From: Chloroflexota bacterium
Lineage (GTDB): Bacteria > Chloroflexota > UBA11872 > VXOZ01
Direction of reading: 5' to 3'
Length of the DNA stretch: 64,000 nucleotides
NCBI GenBank assembly: GCA_965221905.1
Contig: OZ244922.1
Coordinates: 3,328,001 to 3,392,000 of the forward strand
In this document: one piece after another, positions 8,987-20,016 of the stretch
Layout: every line of letters starts with the position of its first letter
How positions within the stretch are numbered: position 1 is the stretch's first letter
Program-made: the position numbers and the translations under genes
The notes under the pieces: model-generated
Told to the model about the DNA's origin: nothing
Seen by the model: only the letters and a program-made list of their open reading frames with translations
The model's database searches: none

Positions 8987-11900
8987 TCATCCCGCAGGCG
9001 AAAGCACTTGCTCGCGCAGCTCCTCCAAATGGAGGGAAATCATCTGCGACACACCCTCTTCTGCCATGCTAACACCAAAGAGGGCATCCGCCATCTCCAT
9101 AGTGCCACGATTGTGCGTGATGATCAGGAATTGGGTATCCCGACCGTACTCGCGAAGCAGCTTACAGAAGCGGCCCACATTCGTCTCATCGAGCATGGCG
9201 TCCGCCTCGTCGAGTAGGCAGACCGGCGTGGCGCGTGCACTGAGGAGCGCAAACAACAATGCCAATGCCACGAGCGCGCGTTCACCGCCCGAGAGGAGCG
9301 AAAGCGCCTGCCGCCGCTTGCCCGGGAGCTGCACGGTAATCTCAATACCGGTTTGATCGGGGTTTTGGGGATCAGTCAGGCTCAACTCGGCATCACCGCC
9401 GTCGAAGAGCACTCGTACCATCGTGCGAAAATCCGCCGCAACCTGCTGGAAAGTCGCATTAAAGTCTTGGCGAATAGTGCGACGGAGCTGCCGTTTGACT
9501 TCGTCGAGGTCTTGTCCGGCAGCTTCCAAATCGGCAATCTGCTCGCGAAGGAAGGTCGCGCGTTGCTCAAGTAGCGAAAATTCCTCCACCGCGAGGGGGT
9601 TGACCGGCCCAATCCGACGCAAGCGATTCCGCAAAGTCGCAACCTTGCGTTGCAACTCCTCCGGAGGCTCAGCAGAGGCCTGCGGAACCGGCTCAGCTTC
9701 CGGCTCATCGCTCAACCAACGCACCACCGTATCTTCGCGCCGCTGCCGCACGCCTGCCAGCGCCTGCTCAGCCCGGATGAAGTCCCGTTCGCGCGCAGCC
9801 CGCTGATTTTCCAAATCGGTTCGAGTCTGAGCGAGCACGCCGTGCTGCACGCGCAATTGCTCCAGAACGGCACGCTGCTTCTTGCTTTCGGCATCGGCTT
9901 CCTGCACCTGGAAGGTAGTCTGCCGGGAAGCCTCTTCGGTTGCCGATAGTTCCTTCTGCAGCGCGCGGAGCGCCTCTTCTCGCTCGGAGCGGGTGGCTGC
10001 GATCTTGCTGCGCTCGTCCAAGAGCCCTTGCCGCTCAGTGCGCAACTGGGCGATAGCGCGCGACAGATGCTCCTTCCGCTGCTGCTGGACCGCAAGTTGC
10101 GTCTGCATTGAGCCAATTGCGGCCCGCTGTGTTTCTACTGCCTGTTGCAGCGCGCTGGCTGTCTGCTCCCGTTCGCCAATCTCCCGGGTCAGTCGCTCCT
10201 TGGCGGCGACGGCCAGCGGCGCTTCCCGCTCGCGCGCCGCGAAGGTGTCTTCAATTTCCTCCCGTTGGACGCGTGCTTCCTCCTCAACCTGCTCCCACCA
10301 CGCGCATTGCCGCGCTAGTTCATCATACTCGTGAGTCTGTTGCTGCAAGGCCGCATTGGCAGTACGCGCCGTGTCAGCGCACTGCGTATGGGCCTCGGCT
10401 GCTTCACGGGCCTCGGCGCGCAATTGACCTTGTTGGGCGCGCAGCGCGGACTCTTCCCGCTCCAACTCCTCGCACTGACGGCGCACGTCGGCCAAGCGTG
10501 CGGTAAGATTCCGATATTGCACGTGCTGTTGCCCGCGCTGCACAGACGCTTGCGTATAGCGGAATACGCCGTTGCTGTACACCACGCCGTCCGCACTCAC
10601 GATCAGCGGCCAAGAGTACCGCCCAGCTACGGCGAGGATAGCGCCGACGTCCTTGACCACAAGAATTGCTTGCAGCAACGGCCCGAGGGCGGCGCTCTGC
10701 GGAGGCAGCGCAACAAGGTCGGCGGCACATCCGACAACGCCGGGCAGAGAGGGCACCGCGCGCTTTTCCGTAGCCACGAGTTCGGCCGCCAGCACGGTTG
10801 CGTTTGCGGCGGCCGCGCCTACCAAGTGCGCAATGAGTTTCTCCGCATCCTGCGCACGGTCAGCGAGAAATGCTTCACTAGGCAACGCCGCCTCCAACGC
10901 GGTTGCAATGCCCTCGGGCAGGTCTGCCTCCGCGACAGGCGGCAGCAACGTTACACCTAGTTTCGCCGCGATCGCCTCAGGCTTGGCCTCCTCACCTGCC
11001 GCTGCGCCTGTCAGGAGTGCGCGCAGGGCTTCCGTGCGTCCTTCCAGATCGGCGCGCTGACGCAGCGGCTCTTGCCGTGCTGTTTCAAGCTGGTGTACGG
11101 CTTGCTCAACCGTCGTTAACGCAGATTCGGCTTGATTCCTGGCGGCTTGCCGGGTAGTTACCTCTGCTTGGAGCGTGTCCGCACTTTCCTGCAACGTCGC
11201 CAGGGAAGCGGCGCGGTCACGCTGCTGCTTGCGTGCGTGTTGCAGTTGCTCGGCGGCTTCGGCGGCGCGCGTCAGCACCGCTTCACGTTGACGCTTTGCG
11301 TCATTAATCGCAGCAGTCAGGCTGCTCAGTCGCGTGCTAACCGTTACCCCTTCTTGCCGCAACTGCTGCAAGGCTGCTTCTGCTTCCCGGCGCGCCTCTT
11401 CTTTGCGGGTGATGCCGCTCTTCGCGGACTGCCACTGTGCTTGCAGCGCGGTGAGCGCCTCTGACGCTTCCGCTAGGGCGGCTTCCTGCTCGGGTAGGCG
11501 TGCGGCGACAGCTTCCTGCCGTTCAGCAAGCTCCGCTTCCCGCGATTCCGCCTCCTCCACGTTTCGACCTAGGTGTGTTTGTCGCTCCTGCTGCACTGCA
11601 TGCCGCTGCGCGAGGTCGTTCTGGCGGTTGCGCAATCCCCGGAGGCGTGCTTCCAGGCGGTTCATGCCCTGTTCCTGTTCCTGCATTGCCTGCTCTAAAC
11701 GCTCGCGCTCATGCGCCTGGCCCGCGATCTGCGTATCTAGCGTGGCAAGCGTCGTCTGTACCTGCGCAAGCTCCTGGGTAGCAGTTCGTTCCTCTGCGAC
11801 AAGTTCTGCCAGTTGCGCCGCATACCAGGCATGCATCGCCTGAGCCAGTTCCTGCTGCAGCGTCTCCGCTTTCCGGGCCTCTCCAGCCTGCGTTTCGAGC

Positions 11901-12505
11901 ACGGTGAGGCGCGGCTCCAATTCCAGCAGAATGTCGCGCACCCGGTCCATATTGTCGTGCACACGTCCGAGCTTATTCTGCGCCTCGTGCTCCTGCATGT
12001 AGAGCGAACGCACGCCGGCGGCTTCCTCCAGCAAGACGCGGCGATCCTCCGGCCGCTGCGCAAGCACTTGATCGACAAGACCTTGCCCGATCATCATGCC
12101 CTGGCCGATGCCGGCTTCCGCCAGGAGTTGCTGGATATCGCGCAGACGCACCCGATTGCCGTTGAGGAGGTATTCATTCTCGCCGGAACGATACGCCCGC
12201 CGCGCAATGCTGACTTCGGCCAGTTCCAAGGGGAACGTGCCGTCCTCGTTGTCGAACGTGAGCACGACCTCAGTCATACTGCCGCGCGTGCGCCGGGGCG
12301 TGCCCGCAAAGACGACGTCCTCGCTCTTGCGGCCCCGCAATGCCAGCATGCTCTGCTCGCCGAGCGCCCAGCGAATGGCGTCTGCCAGGTTGCTCTTGCC
12401 GCTGCCGTTCGGACCGACAATCGCGGTAATGCCCCGGGGGAAAGCCAGCTTGGCCCGGGTAGGGAATGTCTTGAAGCCGTGTATCTCGAGCTGTGTGAGG
12501 TACAT
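8987..12505 (-). CDS. smc: Chromosome segregation protein SMC
   Basis: GFKTF, GPNGSGKSN, long coiled coils, LSGGE, LDEADA, IITH. Confidence 0.95.
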   Translation of the reverse strand: MYLTQLEIHGFKTFPTRAKLAFPRGITAIVGPNGSGKSNLADAIRWALGEQSMLALRGRKSEDVVFAGTPRRTRGSMTEVVLTFDNEDGTFPLELAEVSIARRAYRSGENEYLLNGNRVRLRDIQQLLAEAGIGQGMMIGQGLVDQVLAQRPEDRRVLLEEAAGVRSLYMQEHEAQNKLGRVHDNMDRVRDILLELEPRLTVLETQAGEARKAETLQQELAQAMHAWYAAQLAELVAEERTATQELAQVQTTLATLDTQIAGQAHERERLEQAMQEQEQGMNRLEARLRGLRNRQNDLAQRHAVQQERQTHLGRNVEEAESREAELAERQEAVAARLPEQEAALAEASEALTALQAQWQSAKSGITRKEEARREAEAALQQLRQEGVTVSTRLSSLTAAINDAKRQREAVLTRAAEAAEQLQHARKQQRDRAASLATLQESADTLQAEVTTRQAARNQAESALTTVEQAVHQLETARQEPLRQRADLEGRTEALRALLTGAAAGEEAKPEAIAAKLGVTLLPPVAEADLPEGIATALEAALPSEAFLADRAQDAEKLIAHLVGAAAANATVLAAELVATEKRAVPSLPGVVGCAADLVALPPQSAALGPLLQAILVVKDVGAILAVAGRYSWPLIVSADGVVYSNGVFRYTQASVQRGQQHVQYRNLTARLADVRRQCEELEREESALRAQQGQLRAEAREAAEAHTQCADTARTANAALQQQTHEYDELARQCAWWEQVEEEARVQREEIEDTFAAREREAPLAVAAKERLTREIGEREQTASALQQAVETQRAAIGSMQTQLAVQQQRKEHLSRAIAQLRTERQGLLDERSKIAATRSEREEALRALQKELSATEEASRQTTFQVQEADAESKKQRAVLEQLRVQHGVLAQTRTDLENQRAARERDFIRAEQALAGVRQRREDTVVRWLSDEPEAEPVPQASAEPPEELQRKVATLRNRLRRIGPVNPLAVEEFSLLEQRATFLREQIADLEAAGQDLDEVKRQLRRTIRQDFNATFQQVAADFRTMVRVLFDGGDAELSLTDPQNPDQTGIEITVQLPGKRRQALSLLSGGERALVALALLFALLSARATPVCLLDEADAMLDETNVGRFCKLLREYGRDTQFLIITHNRGTMEMADALFGVSMAEEGVSQMISLHLEELREQVLSPAG

Positions 12506-12510
12506 AGGGG

Positions 12511-13266
12511 CTAAGAGGGGGACGAGTGACTTGCGGTAACCGGGTGTTTAGATTCGATTTGTGCCAGGGCCCGCGCCGCGGCCGCTTGCTCCGCTTTTTG
12601 GGTGTTGGAGCCTTCACCGATGGCTAACAGGGAATCCTCTTGATAGACGCCGACAACAAAGTGCCGCGCGTGGTCGGCGCCGCTTGCGCCAAGCACCCGA
12701 TACGTCGGCGTGGTGTTGCATTCCGCCTGCAGATACTCTTGAAGCTGCGTCTTAGCGTTGAGGTCGCCGGCAGTGCTCAGGATGTGCGCGATCGCTGCTT
12801 CGAGTTGAGGAATTAGGAATGCCTTCACGTGCAAGTATGACGTATTGAGGAACAGCGCGCCAATGACAGCTTCGAAGCCGCTAGCCAAGATAGAGTCGCG
12901 CTCTCTGCCGCGATTTGCTTCTTCTCCCTTGCCGAGGCGGAGAAGCTCACCCAAGCATGCAGCCTGCGCAAATTGGCACAACTGTTCTTTTCTCACCAGC
13001 GCCGCCCGCAACCGCGATAATTCTCCTTCGGTCTTGTCGGGAAAGCGCCGGTAGAGATACTCCGCGGCAATTGCGCCAATGATTGCGTCTCCCAGAAACT
13101 CGAGCCGTTCATTGCTGTCAAGATTTGATAGCCCGTGCTCGTGCGCATACGACCGGTGCGTCAGAGCTTGCGTTAGGAGCGGCGAATCCGCGCCGTGAAC
13201 GCCGAGATTCGTCCCAAGTGCGTCAATGTCATAGCTGTCATGGTCTTCCGGCACAGTGCAATCCAT
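12511..13266 (-). CDS. rnc: Ribonuclease III
   Basis: ALTHRSY, NERLEFLGDA, C-terminal dsRBD (KTQLQE...AEQAAA). Confidence 0.96.
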   Translation of the reverse strand: MDCTVPEDHDSYDIDALGTNLGVHGADSPLLTQALTHRSYAHEHGLSNLDSNERLEFLGDAIIGAIAAEYLYRRFPDKTEGELSRLRAALVRKEQLCQFAQAACLGELLRLGKGEEANRGRERDSILASGFEAVIGALFLNTSYLHVKAFLIPQLEAAIAHILSTAGDLNAKTQLQEYLQAECNTTPTYRVLGASGADHARHFVVGVYQEDSLLAIGEGSNTQKAEQAAAARALAQIESKHPVTASHSSPS

Positions 13267-13336
13267 TGCTGTCTATTCGACGATTAGTGTTCGTATGAAT
13301 ACCTTGCGCAGGTCATCTCACACGTCTCGTTCCCCG

Positions 13337-14082
13337 GTAGCGCAGGTTTGCAACCTGCGACCGTCGTGTGTTGCAGGGCAGTTCCGGTGACGACATTCAA
13401 ATCCACTACAAGAACGTTGTGCCCATTCCCCGGTAGCGCAGGTTACAAACCTGCGACCGCCGTGTGTTGCAGGGCAGTTCCGGTGACGACTTTCAAATCC
13501 ACTACAAGAGCGTTGTGCCCATTCCCCGGTAGCGCAGGTTTGTAACCTGTGACCGCCGTGTGTTGCAGGGCAGTTCCGGTGACGACTTTCGAATCCACTA
13601 CAAGAGCGTCGTGCCCATTCCCCTGTAACGCAGGTTTGTAACCTGCGGCCGCCGTGCGTTGCAGGGCAGTTCCGGTGACGACTTTCGAATCCACCACAAG
13701 AGTGTCGGGCCCATTCCCCGGTAGCGCAGGTTTGTAACCTGCGACCGCCGTGCGTTGCGGGGCAGTTCCGGTGACGACTTTCGAATCCACTACAAGAGCG
13801 TCGGGCCCGTTCCACGATAGCGCAGGTTTGTAACCTGCGACCACCGTGTGGTGCAGGGCAGTTCCGGTGACGATATTCAAATCCTACAAGAGCGTTGGGC
13901 CCATTCCCCGGTAGCGCAGGTTTATAACCTGCGACCACCGTGTGGTGCAGGGCAGTTCCGGTGACGACATTCAAATCCTACAAGAGCGTTGGGCCCATTC
14001 CCCGGTAGCGCAGGTTTGCAACCTGCGACCGCCGTGCGTTGCAGGGCAGTTCCTGTCACGACTTTCAAATCCACTACAAGAG
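13337..14082 (+). repeat. Tandem array of 8 GTAG-type REPs (GTAGCGCAGGTTTGTAACCTGCG), 96-bp period (last two 94)
   Basis: REP starts at 13337, 13433, 13529, 13625, 13721, 13817, 13911 and 14005, with a near-constant spacer. A variant of the other REP family follows at ~14113-14134. Confidence 0.92.
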
Positions 14083-14271
14083 TGCGGGCGGCGGGCCTTG
14101 CCACAGTTCGGAAGCGGGAGACAAGCCCCTGCGCTGAGATTGCCGGCGTTGTTCGTGGCTGGTGTTTGCTATCTTTCGGAGAGCACGCCACCTTGCCGCA
14201 TTATCTAGTCCAAGCACGAGAACTCACCCCAAGCGCCGCTTTTGCTGTTCTATCCGCGCGGCGCCGTTTGT

Positions 14272-15042
14272 CTAGATGAGAGAGCGGGACTGGCACCCGT
14301 CAACGGGGATACAGGTGCCGTTTACCCAACTGGCACGCGGCGAAGCTAGGAAGGCGACCACGTTTGCGACTTCCTCTACCGTCCCAAAGCGACCGCCGGG
14401 GATCTCACGTTCCACGAACTCGGCCATGCCATCGGGGTCGGTTTGCACGCGCCGGTCCCAACTGCCGCCAGGGAAGCGAATTGAGCCGGGCGCAACACTA
14501 TTCACACGTATACCTTGCGGCGCGAGTTCGCGGGCAAGACTGGAGGCCAAGCCGATGACGGCTGCCTTAGTGCTGACGTACACGGCGGGACCGCCGACCT
14601 CGCGGCCCCAAATCGAGGAGACAAATACAACCGATCCACCGCTCGCCGCTGCCAGATGCGGAGTTGCAGACCGGGTCATCCGAACGCCTGAGAGCAAGTT
14701 TAAGCCGATGACTTCCTCCCATTCTTCATCACTCTGCTGTGGGAAAGGGGTGCGGTTGTTGCCGCCGACGTTGTTCACAAGAACGTTGAGCTGGCCGTAA
14801 GCTTCGATGGTGGCCGCGACAATTTCTGCCGCTGCATTGGGTTCCGTCACGTCGCGCGCAATGGCGCACACCTCTGCGCCGCTATTGCGCAGCGATGCTG
14901 CCGTCTCTTCAAGCTTCTCTTGACCGCGGGCGCAAATGGCCAGCTTGCAGCCCTCGCGTGCAAGCGCAGTAGCAATACCTTTGCCAATGCCGCGACTGGC
15001 GCCGGTGATGAGGGCAACGTGTCCGCCTAGTGCGAGTTCCAT
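14272..15042 (-). CDS. SDR family oxidoreductase (FabG-like)
   Basis: TGASRGIG, NNVG, YVSTK (YxxxK), VNSVAPG. Confidence 0.9.
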   Translation of the reverse strand: MELALGGHVALITGASRGIGKGIATALAREGCKLAICARGQEKLEETAASLRNSGAEVCAIARDVTEPNAAAEIVAATIEAYGQLNVLVNNVGGNNRTPFPQQSDEEWEEVIGLNLLSGVRMTRSATPHLAAASGGSVVFVSSIWGREVGGPAVYVSTKAAVIGLASSLARELAPQGIRVNSVAPGSIRFPGGSWDRRVQTDPDGMAEFVEREIPGGRFGTVEEVANVVAFLASPRASWVNGTCIPVDGCQSRSLI

Positions 15043-15058
15043 CTTAAGGGCAAGGGCG

Positions 15059-15298
15059 TTAGCCGGCCGCCTGCTTCTCGATGTACGCTACCGCATCCTT
15101 GATGCTTCGGATCTCCTGTGCCTCTTCATCCGAAATCTGGATGCTGTATTCGTCCTCTAGCGCCATGATGAGCTCGACAAGATCAAGGGAATCTGCTTCC
15201 AAGTCCTCTTGAAAGCGGGTATCCTCTGTGATCTCGCCGATCTCGGCACCGAGTTTATCCGCTACTACCGCCTTAATCTGCTCTAGCGTATCGCTCAT
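15059..15298 (-). CDS. acpP: Acyl carrier protein
   Basis: DLEADSLDLVELIMALEDEY phosphopantetheine site. Confidence 0.96.
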   Translation of the reverse strand: MSDTLEQIKAVVADKLGAEIGEITEDTRFQEDLEADSLDLVELIMALEDEYSIQISDEEAQEIRSIKDAVAYIEKQAAG

Positions 15299-15819
15299 TT
15301 CTCGCTCCTATACGATTTACAATACGATACTACGCAAGTGAAAAATACTAAGACGCATTACTGCCACGGTTACGCTCACTACGGAGGAGGTGGAGTACTC
15401 CAAAAGACCTCGTCTCTAGACACCGTGGGCTGGCAAACGCGGATGTGACACTGCGTCACACTGACCGGATTGGGATAGCAGTGCACTTCAGGAATATGGC
15501 TGCACTTTGCGCTGACAATCGGGGCTGCTCACTGACTGCAATAAGACACATCCGGTGCTTCTCTATGCCTCGGCAAACTGTGCCTAATGGTGATGCGCCT
15601 CCATCGAGTCTCAGTGTGCATTACCCGCGTCACGCATTGCTTCCCATTGCTGCTCCTTCCGCCTCTATCAAGTATATAACCACTGCTATTCATTTAGAAA
15701 GTGTGAAGGCGCGCGCTTGCGCCATTCGGCCGCACCGCCAAGGCTTGACCCGCCCCTCACCCGGGCATCGGCTATCCCTTGCTGAGACTTTCCAAGCGGG
15801 CCTCAACTCGAGCCATCTA

Positions 15820-16416
15820 TCACTTCTTTGCGCCGGGTAAGCTCAGACCCAAGCGCGTACCGCCGTACACCAAAATAACAGCAACGACTGCCTTAGCGAT
15901 GTCTATCAGGACAAACGGTTCGACACCATTGCGGTAGGCCAGCATCCAGGGGCTTTGCTCGTCCCTCACCAAGAAGTACCACTGCGACAAGTGGTACCAA
16001 CCAAGGACGTAGATGACGGCGATGCCTGCCAGTGCTGCCACGATAGTCCAACGCTGCCCCAGCCAGAGCGCGAGAATTCCGACGAGCGGGGCGGCAAAGA
16101 GAAAGCCCCAAATGTATCCGCCGGTCGGCCCAAGCAACCAGGCGATGCCGGAACCGCCGCCGGAGAAGACCGGCAAACCCACGATCCCGGCGCCAATGTA
16201 TTCGGCTAGTGCCAGGAAAGACTGGCGCGGGGTCAGGCTCAAACCGATGAGAAGTACTACCAATACTTGCAGCGTGATGGGCACCGGCGTAAACCACAGG
16301 TGTATCTCCGCCCGCGCCGACAGGGCTATCAGCACCGCCGCGAACGTCGCTAGGGCGACTGCCATGAGCGCACTGCGGGCGCGCTCGCCGGATAGAATTG
16401 TCTCTCGTGCCGTCAT
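15820..16416 (-). CDS. bioY: Biotin transporter BioY
   Basis: PVPITLQ, GLPVFSGG, GPTGGYIWGF. Adjacent to accB. Confidence 0.93.
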   Translation of the reverse strand: MTARETILSGERARSALMAVALATFAAVLIALSARAEIHLWFTPVPITLQVLVVLLIGLSLTPRQSFLALAEYIGAGIVGLPVFSGGGSGIAWLLGPTGGYIWGFLFAAPLVGILALWLGQRWTIVAALAGIAVIYVLGWYHLSQWYFLVRDEQSPWMLAYRNGVEPFVLIDIAKAVVAVILVYGGTRLGLSLPGAKK

Positions 16417-16537
16417 CCACCCTTCTCCTTGTTTACAAACTTACCTCGGCTTGTAAGAGCGTTCCCAGCTAAATGTCATCCCAAGAACCGTCTTACTATT
16501 GTCCTCTCTACGCCTGGCTGCTGCTTGGCTTGGCCGC

Positions 16538-16990
16538 CTACCCGTCGAGGGCAATGAGGTCTTGACCGCCCTGCACCACGTCACCTGATTCTACCAGCAC
16601 GGCCGTAACCCGGCCGGACAGTTCCGCGTGTATCTCGTTGAAGACTTTCATGGCCTCAATCATCGCGACCACCTGGCCTGCCTCCACCCGGTCTCCCACC
16701 TGCACGAAAGGCTCAGCTTGAGGGCTTGACCGGTCGTAGAAGATGCCGTTGAGAGGCGCCTTAATCGCGGTGCGACGTGCCGGTTCCTCGCTGGGTGCAC
16801 GGGCATCTCGCGCCAGCGGCTGGAGAACGACGCCCGGTCGGCGGCGCAGAAACACTGCCGTATCGCCAAAGCGAATCTCTACCTCACTCACCACCGTGTC
16901 TTGCAGGGCGGCGATGAGGTCGTGCACGCCCTCTAGCCACGCGGTGCTCTCTTCGCTCCTCACGTCATCGGATTGCTGTTCGGACGCCAC
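16538..16990 (-). CDS. accB: Acetyl-CoA carboxylase biotin carboxyl carrier protein
   Basis: IEAMKVFNEI biotinylation motif. Confidence 0.92.
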   Translation of the reverse strand: MASEQQSDDVRSEESTAWLEGVHDLIAALQDTVVSEVEIRFGDTAVFLRRRPGVVLQPLARDARAPSEEPARRTAIKAPLNGIFYDRSSPQAEPFVQVGDRVEAGQVVAMIEAMKVFNEIHAELSGRVTAVLVESGDVVQGGQDLIALDG

Positions 16991-17118
16991 CGTATCCGTT
17001 CCTTACACCCATTTTTCGCTATCTGTTCTCAAGATTCGCCCTCACCCTTACCCTCTCCCTCATGGAGAGGGAACAGCGCCGCAGCCTAGCTTTCTTCCAA
17101 AACTAACTGGAACTTGCC

Positions 17119-18363
17119 TTACGCCTCGTATCGTCTAAAGATAAGACTCGCGTTGTGACCGCCAAAGCCGAAGCTATTGTTCATGGCCGCGTGAATAATT
17201 GCCCTGCGCGCGCTATTGGGCACGTAGTCCAGATCGCAGTCAGGATCGGGTTCTTCATAGTTGATCGTTGGCGGGATCACGTTGTCCGCAATTGCTTTCA
17301 AGCAGAATACCGATTCCACGCCGCCGGCGCCGCCGAGTAGATGGCCGGTCATGGACTTCGTAGAACTCACGGCGAGCGTTCCGGCATGTTTGCCGAACGT
17401 TGCCTTGATGGCCTGGGTTTCCGCCTGGTCATTCAGCGGCGTGGAGGTACCGTGGGCATTGATGTACTGCACGTCTTCCGGCTTGAGCTGCGCTCGCTCC
17501 AGCGCAATCCGCATGGCGCGGGCAGCGCCTTCACCGTCTTCCGGCGGGGCGGTAATGTGACTGGCGTCCCCGGTCGCGCCGTAACCCGCTACCTCGCCAT
17601 AAATGTGCGCGCCGCGGTCCAGCGCATGCTCCAAACGCTCCAGCACCAACACGCCCGCACCCTCACCGACTATAAAACCGTCCCGCTGATTCTCGAAAGG
17701 GCGCGAGGCCGCCGCCGGAGCATCGTTCCGTCGGGAGAGCGCGCGCATAGCGGCGAAACCGGCGATGGTCATTGGGGTCACCGCGGCCTCGCTGCTGCCG
17801 CAGATCATCACGTCGGCGTCGCCGCGCCGAATTGCCGCCGCGCCCTCGCCGACAGCATGCGCGCCGGTGGCGCAGGCGGAGACGACCGCCAGATTTGGAC
17901 CCCGCAGTCCGAAGCGAATTGAGATTGCTCCCGCTGCGGTATCCGTGAGCAGCATGGGAATGAGAAAGGGGCTCAAGCGACTGGGCCCGCGCGCGGCCAT
18001 CACCGCAAACTGCGACTCCAACGACTCGATGCCGCCAATGCCGGAACCGACAAACACGCCGATGCGATTTGTGTTTTCTGCGGTTATATCGAGACTCGAG
18101 TCGTCCATGGCCTCTTGCGCCGCCGCGACGGCGTATTGCGTGAAGCGGTCCATCCGCCTCGCCTCGCGCGCATCCATGTACTGCCGCGCGTCGAAGTCCC
18201 TTACCTCACCGGCAATCTGCACCGCGAAGCCCATGGTATCAAACCGGCTAATGCGCTTGATTCCTGATGTGCCGACACAGACGGCATGCCACGAGTCCGC
18301 GGCGGTATTACCCACCGGGGTAACCGCGCCCATGCCGGTGACAACAATGCGCGTACGCGCCAT
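17119..18363 (-). CDS. fabF: Beta-ketoacyl-ACP synthase II
   Basis: VVTGMG, SACATG, NAHGTST, KSMTGHLLG, NSFGFGG. Confidence 0.96.
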   Translation of the reverse strand: MARTRIVVTGMGAVTPVGNTAADSWHAVCVGTSGIKRISRFDTMGFAVQIAGEVRDFDARQYMDAREARRMDRFTQYAVAAAQEAMDDSSLDITAENTNRIGVFVGSGIGGIESLESQFAVMAARGPSRLSPFLIPMLLTDTAAGAISIRFGLRGPNLAVVSACATGAHAVGEGAAAIRRGDADVMICGSSEAAVTPMTIAGFAAMRALSRRNDAPAAASRPFENQRDGFIVGEGAGVLVLERLEHALDRGAHIYGEVAGYGATGDASHITAPPEDGEGAARAMRIALERAQLKPEDVQYINAHGTSTPLNDQAETQAIKATFGKHAGTLAVSSTKSMTGHLLGGAGGVESVFCLKAIADNVIPPTINYEEPDPDCDLDYVPNSARRAIIHAAMNNSFGFGGHNASLIFRRYEA

Positions 18364-18595
18364 GTACCCTTTCCTTAGATCTGAGATCGGCGCTGCATCT
18401 AAAAGACAACGGCCCTGATAGCAGCCCTTTTTTCCTTCGCTAGCGAGACTACACTACCCTGACAGCGAAGACAAAGCAACGCGTTCCGTTCGCCTTGAGC
18501 CTACATATCCTGAGTTTGTCAAAGGGCCGAGAGGTGAACAGACTCGCTTGCAACCTACTCCGAGTCTTCGCAGCGGATTAGTCAACTGAAACAGG

Positions 18596-19714
18596 TCATG
18601 CGCCCAAGAAGCGACTAGCCAGCCACGGCGCAAGATCGAGTTCGGTTTTGCCTTCCATAATCCACTTGGCGTTATATTCACCGAGGGCCACGGAGAATTT
18701 GAAGCCGCGGCCGCTCCACCCGCAATCGAGGAACAGGTTATTGTAACCTGCAACGTAGCCCAAGAGGGGTTTCAAGTCGGGAGTATCATCATAGCAGGTC
18801 TGGTATGCGCCCTGAAAGCGGCCGCGCTTCATCTTGGGGAGCCGCTTCTGTATAACCTCGGTCGTCCAGTCCACCATCCACTGAGGGGGAACGGCGTTCG
18901 TGGGGTCCGGTTCTATCTTCACCAGCGGGTTGCGGCGGTCGCACAAGACGCGAAAGTGCTTATTGTGCCAGGGAATAATGGCAAGCTCCACGCTGAACAC
19001 CGGCGGACGGTCGTAGAAATCGGGCGGTTGACGGTAGAACGACACGCCGACTTGCGAGGGTTGAATGGGGAGGCGCAAACCAGCGGAGCGCGCTACTTTG
19101 TGACTCCACGGCCCGCAGGCGAGCACGACCTTGCCCGGCACAATAGCGCCGCCGGGGGTTTCCAGCCGTTCGATGCGCCCGTTCTTGGCGTGGATATGCG
19201 TAACCGGGGTGAATTCGCGAATCTCCGCGCCGTAGGCCCGCGCGCCGGCCACGAACGACTGCATCGTACGGTAGGCGTCCACATTCCCGGTCTCGCCATA
19301 GAGGAGCGCAGCGCCTGCGCCCTCCAGGTTGGCTTCCGGATAGTAATCCTTCGCCTCGTCGAGTGTAATCGCGCGGGCGGCAGAGCCGTTCTTCCTGGCC
19401 GCTGCGGCAGCCTTTTCGGCTGATTCCATCGAATCGCTGAGGTTTAAGATGCCATATTTAAAGAAACCGCAGTCGCCGCCCACGACGTCTGAGAAGTTGT
19501 CGTAGATGTCGCGCGCACGTACCGCCAGCTTGGCGATGGTGTCCGTCATCTCTGCCTGTTGGCCGCACATGGCGCCGGACATGGAACTCGTGCCGGAGCC
19601 AATTGTGTTCCGCTCGCAAAGTACGACCTTGCCGGCACCGGCTTTCGCGAGATGGTAGGTGATTGTGGTGCCAACGATTCCACCACCAATGACGACAACG
19701 TCTGCAGTTTCCAT
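18596..19714 (-). CDS. FAD-dependent oxidoreductase (DAO/sarcosine oxidase beta-like)
   Basis: VIGGGIVG, D.TPD..P.LG, GWSGRGFK. Confidence 0.87.
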   Translation of the reverse strand: METADVVVIGGGIVGTTITYHLAKAGAGKVVLCERNTIGSGTSSMSGAMCGQQAEMTDTIAKLAVRARDIYDNFSDVVGGDCGFFKYGILNLSDSMESAEKAAAAARKNGSAARAITLDEAKDYYPEANLEGAGAALLYGETGNVDAYRTMQSFVAGARAYGAEIREFTPVTHIHAKNGRIERLETPGGAIVPGKVVLACGPWSHKVARSAGLRLPIQPSQVGVSFYRQPPDFYDRPPVFSVELAIIPWHNKHFRVLCDRRNPLVKIEPDPTNAVPPQWMVDWTTEVIQKRLPKMKRGRFQGAYQTCYDDTPDLKPLLGYVAGYNNLFLDCGWSGRGFKFSVALGEYNAKWIMEGKTELDLAPWLASRFLGA

Positions 19715-20016
19715 ATTATCTCCGCTCCGGTACTCCGTAAGGTTACATCTATCTCGTAAGATTGCAGCTACTTCACAAGAAGACGTCTACTTCACAAGAA
19801 GACGTCTAATGCGTAGAGTTGTGCCTATTCCCTGAAATTCGTTGCAATTCGGCCCACCCGAGAGCAACTCCGCTCACGCGGCGGTGGCCTGTGCCCCGTT
19901 CGCAACTGTATCGAGCGCGATTCTGCCCGTCCATTCAGCGATCTGCACTGGAGTTTGCCGCATTCGCGCAGATAGCGCTCATTGAACGCGCAACGTAATG
20001 CACGCCCTTGCAAACG

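Noticed and set aside
13318-14279. 218-aa and 145-aa repeat ORFs; array considered as CRISPR
   Set aside because: The 96-bp unit keeps frames open. Spacers are near-identical and there are no cas genes, so it is not CRISPR. Two arrays having units divisible by 3 is compatible with chance, and the third is 80 bp.
15444-15460. TGTGACACTGCGTCACA palindrome upstream of acpP
   Set aside because: Spacing is one base off the CRP consensus and it is a single instance, so I cannot assign a regulator.
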